Assembly: GCA_963665095.1 (NCBI GenBank)
Contig: OY762069.1
Coordinates: forward strand, 3,776,001 to 3,840,000
Length of the DNA stretch: 64,000 bases
Direction: 5' to 3'
Source: an uncultured Desulfobacter sp.
Lineage (GTDB): Bacteria; Desulfobacterota; Desulfobacteria; Desulfobacterales; Desulfobacteraceae
Shown: positions 60,016 through 64,000 of the stretch, one piece after another
Position numbering within the stretch: the stretch's first letter is position 1
Layout of the letters: every line of letters starts with the position of its first letter
The notes under the pieces: generated by a model
Databases searched by the model: none
What the model saw: the letters and a program-made list of their open reading frames with translations, nothing else
What the model was told of the DNA's origin: nothing
Made by a program: the position numbers and the translations under genes

Positions 60016-62016
60016 TTATACGGCAGCGCCTGCCTCATATCCGGAATGGACAGCATCAAAGGCCATCCCCACCTTTGAAGCATCCCCGATGACTTTGCAC
60101 GCAATGCCTAATTTTTCAGCGGTCTCTTCCAAAGGATTGTAGGGCATGGAGCCTGCGGCCACCACCACTGTATCAAAATCCATGGGGCGTATCTCACCGC
60201 CCTGGTCAATCTCAAGCCCGGTTTCAGTGATCTTCACAACCTTTGCCGCGGTTACGGTTTCCACATTAAAACGGCCAAGATCCTGCATCATTCCCCACTT
60301 GGTGGACTTTCCAATATCCTTGCCAATGCGATCCGTCATTTCAATCAGGCACACTTTTTTGGTGCCCCGGGTCGCCATCTGAAACAGGGCCTCGGGGGTT
60401 TCCGCCTTGTTTACAAGTAAAAACCGGATGGTTTCAGCCGGCATTGTCCCTTTTTCCGCCAGGAACAATGCGGTTTCAACGCCCACGGCACCCCCACCGA
60501 TAATGGCCACATGTTTTCCGGTATCCACTTTGTTTTCCAGCACATCCCAGGCACCGGCCACATGGGGCAGATCCCTTCCCGGAATGGGCGGCTCAAGGGG
60601 CAGGGCCCCTGTGGCCAGAATCAACGCGTCCGGCTTCTCTTTTAAAAGGAGGGCCTCATCCACCTCACAATTAAGTACCACGGGAATCTTTTCGGAAGTG
60701 AGCTGATTTTCAAGGTCAACAGAAAACTGGGCAAACTCCTCCCTGCCCGGAGGGGCGGCTGCCAGATGAAGCTGGCCCCCAAGGCGCCCGGACCGTTCGT
60801 ACAAGGTCACCTCATGTCCCCGCCTGGCACAGGTAAGCGCGGCGGTCATGCCGGCGGCGCCACCGCCCACCACCATTACTTTTCTGGCAACATCGGCTTT
60901 TCCTGCAAGCTCCAGCTGCTCGTGTCCTGCCAGGGGGTTACACAGGCATTCAACGGATTTCATTTTAAACAGGTTATCAAAACACCCCTGGGCACAGGCA
61001 ATGCAGTGCACGATCTCCTTTTCCCGGTTCTCACGGGTCTTGATCGGCAGATCAGGATCGGCAATCAGGCTGCGGCCCATGGCCACCATATCGCAGAATC
61101 CTTCATTAATCATATCCCGGGCCGTGGCAGGATCATTGATCCGGTGGCTGGCAATCACCGGCACCTCCACCGCAGACCGGATATCCCGGGCCAGATACCC
61201 GAAAGCGCCCCGGGGCACCTGGGCTACAATTTGAGGCACTCTGGCCTCATGCCATCCCACATTGATACACAGGGCATCCACAGGGCCCTGGGACAATTGC
61301 CTGGCATATTCAATCAGATCGGACCGGTCATTGCCACCCGGCATAAAATCGTTACCATTCATCCGCACGATCAACGGGTATTCAGGTCCCACCGAATCCC
61401 GCACGGCCTGGGCTACTTCCAGTCCAAACCGCATCCGGTTTTCAAGGCTGCCGCCATACTCATCTGTGCGCTGATTGGTCAGAGGGGAGAGAAATTCCGA
61501 AATCAGATATCCGGTACCGGAAAGGATTTCAACAGCATCAAATCCCGCCTTTTTCACCCGGCCGGCAGCGGCGGCAAAGGAGGCTATGGTTTCTTTGATC
61601 TCGCTGATTTCAAGGGCTTTGGGGACCTCCTTTGTCATGCGGGAGGCAACGGCCGACGGCGCAACAGGCTGTTTGCCGTTAAGGAAGAATGAAAAATTGT
61701 ACCGGCCGGCATGGTTGATCTGAACTGCAGACAAACTGCCGTTTTCTTTGATAGCGGCAGCCAGACGGCTTAATCCCGGGATAAATTTATCATCATGGGC
61801 GCCGATGTTCTGGGTATTTCCGGCCAGTTCATCCACCGTGGCATACCCCACACAGATCATACCGGGCCCGCCCCTGGCCCGCCTGGCATAAAAGTCAACG
61901 ATCTGGTCGGTCACCTCAAACTCATTTGCCATCCCCAGGTGCATTGCCGGCATATAAATCCTGTTGGGGACACTTAACTGGTTAATTTGAATGGGGTTGA
62001 ACAAAGGATCACTCAT
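60016..62016 (-). CDS. FadH-like 2,4-dienoyl-CoA reductase (old yellow enzyme + Fe-S + FAD)
   Basis: NQRTDEYGGSLENR, GWHEARVP, CIACAQGC, GGGAAG. Confidence 0.88.
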   Translation of the reverse strand: MSDPLFNPIQINQLSVPNRIYMPAMHLGMANEFEVTDQIVDFYARRARGGPGMICVGYATVDELAGNTQNIGAHDDKFIPGLSRLAAAIKENGSLSAVQINHAGRYNFSFFLNGKQPVAPSAVASRMTKEVPKALEISEIKETIASFAAAAGRVKKAGFDAVEILSGTGYLISEFLSPLTNQRTDEYGGSLENRMRFGLEVAQAVRDSVGPEYPLIVRMNGNDFMPGGNDRSDLIEYARQLSQGPVDALCINVGWHEARVPQIVAQVPRGAFGYLARDIRSAVEVPVIASHRINDPATARDMINEGFCDMVAMGRSLIADPDLPIKTRENREKEIVHCIACAQGCFDNLFKMKSVECLCNPLAGHEQLELAGKADVARKVMVVGGGAAGMTAALTCARRGHEVTLYERSGRLGGQLHLAAAPPGREEFAQFSVDLENQLTSEKIPVVLNCEVDEALLLKEKPDALILATGALPLEPPIPGRDLPHVAGAWDVLENKVDTGKHVAIIGGGAVGVETALFLAEKGTMPAETIRFLLVNKAETPEALFQMATRGTKKVCLIEMTDRIGKDIGKSTKWGMMQDLGRFNVETVTAAKVVKITETGLEIDQGGEIRPMDFDTVVVAAGSMPYNPLEETAEKLGIACKVIGDASKVGMAFDAVHSGYEAGAAV

Positions 62017-62046
62017 TGCGCCTCCTTAAATTAAATTGAGAATGAA

Positions 62047-62757
62047 TTAAACGTCAGGATTTTTAAGTCCTTTAAATGCAATCAGTCTTTTTTGAAGGAT
62101 ACGGTCTGTAACATAGGCTCGAAGGGAGCGGGCCACCCGGGTGATTTCAAGGGTAAGCGCTGCATTTTCCTGGAAATCCAGATCCCGGGTATGGGCATCT
62201 CTTAAGGCAATTTCAGCATCCACAATCTGTCTGGCAAACTTGGAATAAAAAGAAAAATCTTCCGGATGAAATCCCAACTCCATGCAGGTTTTCAACTGAC
62301 AGGCCAGATCCAGGTCCTGGCTGTCAAAAGAACTGTCTTCCAGGGGAATAATCAGCTCCAGCCGGCACAGGGTGTCAAGTTCATCCGGTGTTAACCCGGC
62401 CGCTCTGGCAAAGGACCTGGGTTTCATTTTATTGTCAGTTTCCCCGAATATGCTGGACTGAAGTTCCAGGAGCGGAGCAATGTCCCGGCCCCTGTCCATC
62501 TCTTTTAAAAGCCCCTTGATGGCTGCCAGGGGCAGGCGATGGCTGGCCTGAATATTTTTAATAAACTGGATGCGCGGAATACAGTCCGGATCATAATAGG
62601 CCATGTTTGGGCATGTTTTCAAAGGCGCTGGTAAAAGCCCTTTGGTCACATATAAAAGGATGGTGGATTTGGGCACGCCTGTGGCATCGGCAAGCTCCTT
62701 CATTTTGAGCATGGGAACATCCTGGGTATTTGTTGGCCGTCCCTTTGATTCGCCCAT
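62047..62757 (-). CDS. MerR-family transcriptional regulator
   Basis: KMKELADATGVPKSTILLY..GLLP wHTH. Confidence 0.85.
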   Translation of the reverse strand: MGESKGRPTNTQDVPMLKMKELADATGVPKSTILLYVTKGLLPAPLKTCPNMAYYDPDCIPRIQFIKNIQASHRLPLAAIKGLLKEMDRGRDIAPLLELQSSIFGETDNKMKPRSFARAAGLTPDELDTLCRLELIIPLEDSSFDSQDLDLACQLKTCMELGFHPEDFSFYSKFARQIVDAEIALRDAHTRDLDFQENAALTLEITRVARSLRAYVTDRILQKRLIAFKGLKNPDV

Positions 62758-62881
62758 TCAAACCTCCTCAGCCCTTGTTTATACATAAAAAGTAAAAACC
62801 AACACTTTACACTTTTCATGATCATAATAAAGTGGACAGGGAAATGTCAACAAAATAAAAACAGCGCGGAAAGAAGGTATG

Positions 62882-64000
62882 TTATGGGTTCTGAAGAGGG
62901 ATATCCCACTTTTTCATATATTTCCACACAAGGGTCCGGCTTTTGCCTAACTGCCGGGCGACTTCTGCCTTGTTCCAGCCGCAGGCGTCCAGAAGTGTCA
63001 CAAGACGGTCCCGGGTCAAAGGCGTACGGGACTGGGATGGGGAAGCAGGGGATACGGCAGAAGACCAGCCTGCTGCCGGTGATAGTCCCGCTTCCAGGCC
63101 GCAGACTTCAGGCGGCAGATCCGCCAGGGCTATCTCCTTCCTACGGCAAAGCACAAACCCATGGGCAATTGCATTTTCAAGTTCACGTACGTTTCCGGGC
63201 CATCGGTAGGCCATCAGCGCCTTCATAGCCTCGGGAGTGACACTGCTGATATTCATTCCCTCCTGCTTATTTCCCTTTTCAATAAAATGGCGGACCAGCA
63301 AGGGAATATCTTCAAGCCGCTCCCGCAGGGTCGGCAGCCTGATGGGGAACACTTTGAGGCGGTAATACAGATCCTCCCGGAACGTACCCTCCCGGACAAG
63401 GGTATTCAAATCCTTGTGGGTGGCGGCAATGATCCGTATATCGATTTTCTTTTTGCGGACATCCCCCACCCGTTCAATTTCTCTCTCCTGAAGTACCCTG
63501 AGAAGCTTCACCTGCATATAGGGGGTCAATTCACCGATTTCATCCAGAAATATAGTACCGGTATCTGCCTGCTCAAAACGCCCGATCCGGTCTTTATGGG
63601 CTCCGGTAAACGCCCCTTTGACGTGGCCGAACAACTCGCTCTCCAGCAGGGTTTCTGACAGGGCGGAACAGTTCACTGTCACCAGGGGCCTATGCGCACC
63701 TCCCGCTTCATAATGAATAGCCCGGGCCACAAGCTCCTTGCCGGTACCACTCTCTCCCTGGATCAGAATGGTGGCGCGACTGTCAGCAGCCGCCCGGATG
63801 GCATGGAAAACCGTTTCCATGGCTGATGATCGGCCAATGATATTGCCCAGGGAATATCGCTTCCCCAACTGCTTCTCCAGCTGCTGTTTCGCAGAGACTT
63901 CCCTGGCCTTAATGGCTTTGAGCTCAGTCAGATCGGTCAGGGTCTCCACAATCCCCAGGATATTATCATGGTGATCATGTACCAGCCGTGCATTTTTAAT
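62882..64000 (-). CDS. Sigma54-dependent Fis-family activator (5' end beyond window)
   Basis: [29 protein letters not shown]-terminal HTH. Confidence 0.93.
   Translation of the reverse strand: MKNARLVHDHHDNILGIVETLTDLTELKAIKAREVSAKQQLEKQLGKRYSLGNIIGRSSAMETVFHAIRAAADSRATILIQGESGTGKELVARAIHYEAGGAHRPLVTVNCSALSETLLESELFGHVKGAFTGAHKDRIGRFEQADTGTIFLDEIGELTPYMQVKLLRVLQEREIERVGDVRKKKIDIRIIAATHKDLNTLVREGTFREDLYYRLKVFPIRLPTLRERLEDIPLLVRHFIEKGNKQEGMNISSVTPEAMKALMAYRWPGNVRELENAIAHGFVLCRRKEIALADLPPEVCGLEAGLSPAAGWSSAVSPASPSQSRTPLTRDRLVTLLDACGWNKAEVARQLGKSRTLVWKYMKKWDIPLQNP

Noticed and set aside
40888..64000. Numerous opposite-strand ORFs over the metabolic genes
   Set aside because: Fully overlap well-supported genes and lack recognisable motifs

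Overview
The gene content looks like a Desulfobacteraceae-type sulfate reducer (inferred, not confirmed). Positions 1 to ~36.5 kb are a decaying polymorphic-toxin island. It holds three giant Ig/FN3 + RHS/YD copies, each ending in a different phospholipase-A2-like toxin tip followed by a membrane immunity candidate, plus orphan fragments. It also holds four mobile elements (IS21 with extra ORFs, a 3.5-kb DDE+AAA transposon with a 6-bp TSD, IS110/IS1111-type, IS1380), an Rpn nuclease with an intragenic small-protein start, and an XRE-PIN pair. Positions ~36.5-64 kb are mostly metabolic: hcp, an hdrA-mvhD-fdhB-like-hdrA-hdrC-hdrB-usp-HK-HK operon, acyl-CoA synthetase, Dus, a FadH-like reductase, MerR and a sigma54 activator. 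Two observations stand out. (1) The IS110 downstream non-coding end appears to encode a bridge/seekRNA with two target-binding loops and a donor loop. One target loop matches the actual insertion site GGGGTCAAACCT, the other a variant GGGGTCAAATCTT, and the donor loop matches the element ends. (2) An HdrA subunit has an intact response-regulator receiver domain inserted into it. It is co-encoded with a USP-REC-USP protein carrying a very similar receiver and two histidine kinases, one with periplasmic CxxCH motifs, which suggests direct phospho-control of an electron-bifurcating complex. All analysis was by eye; no database searches were run.
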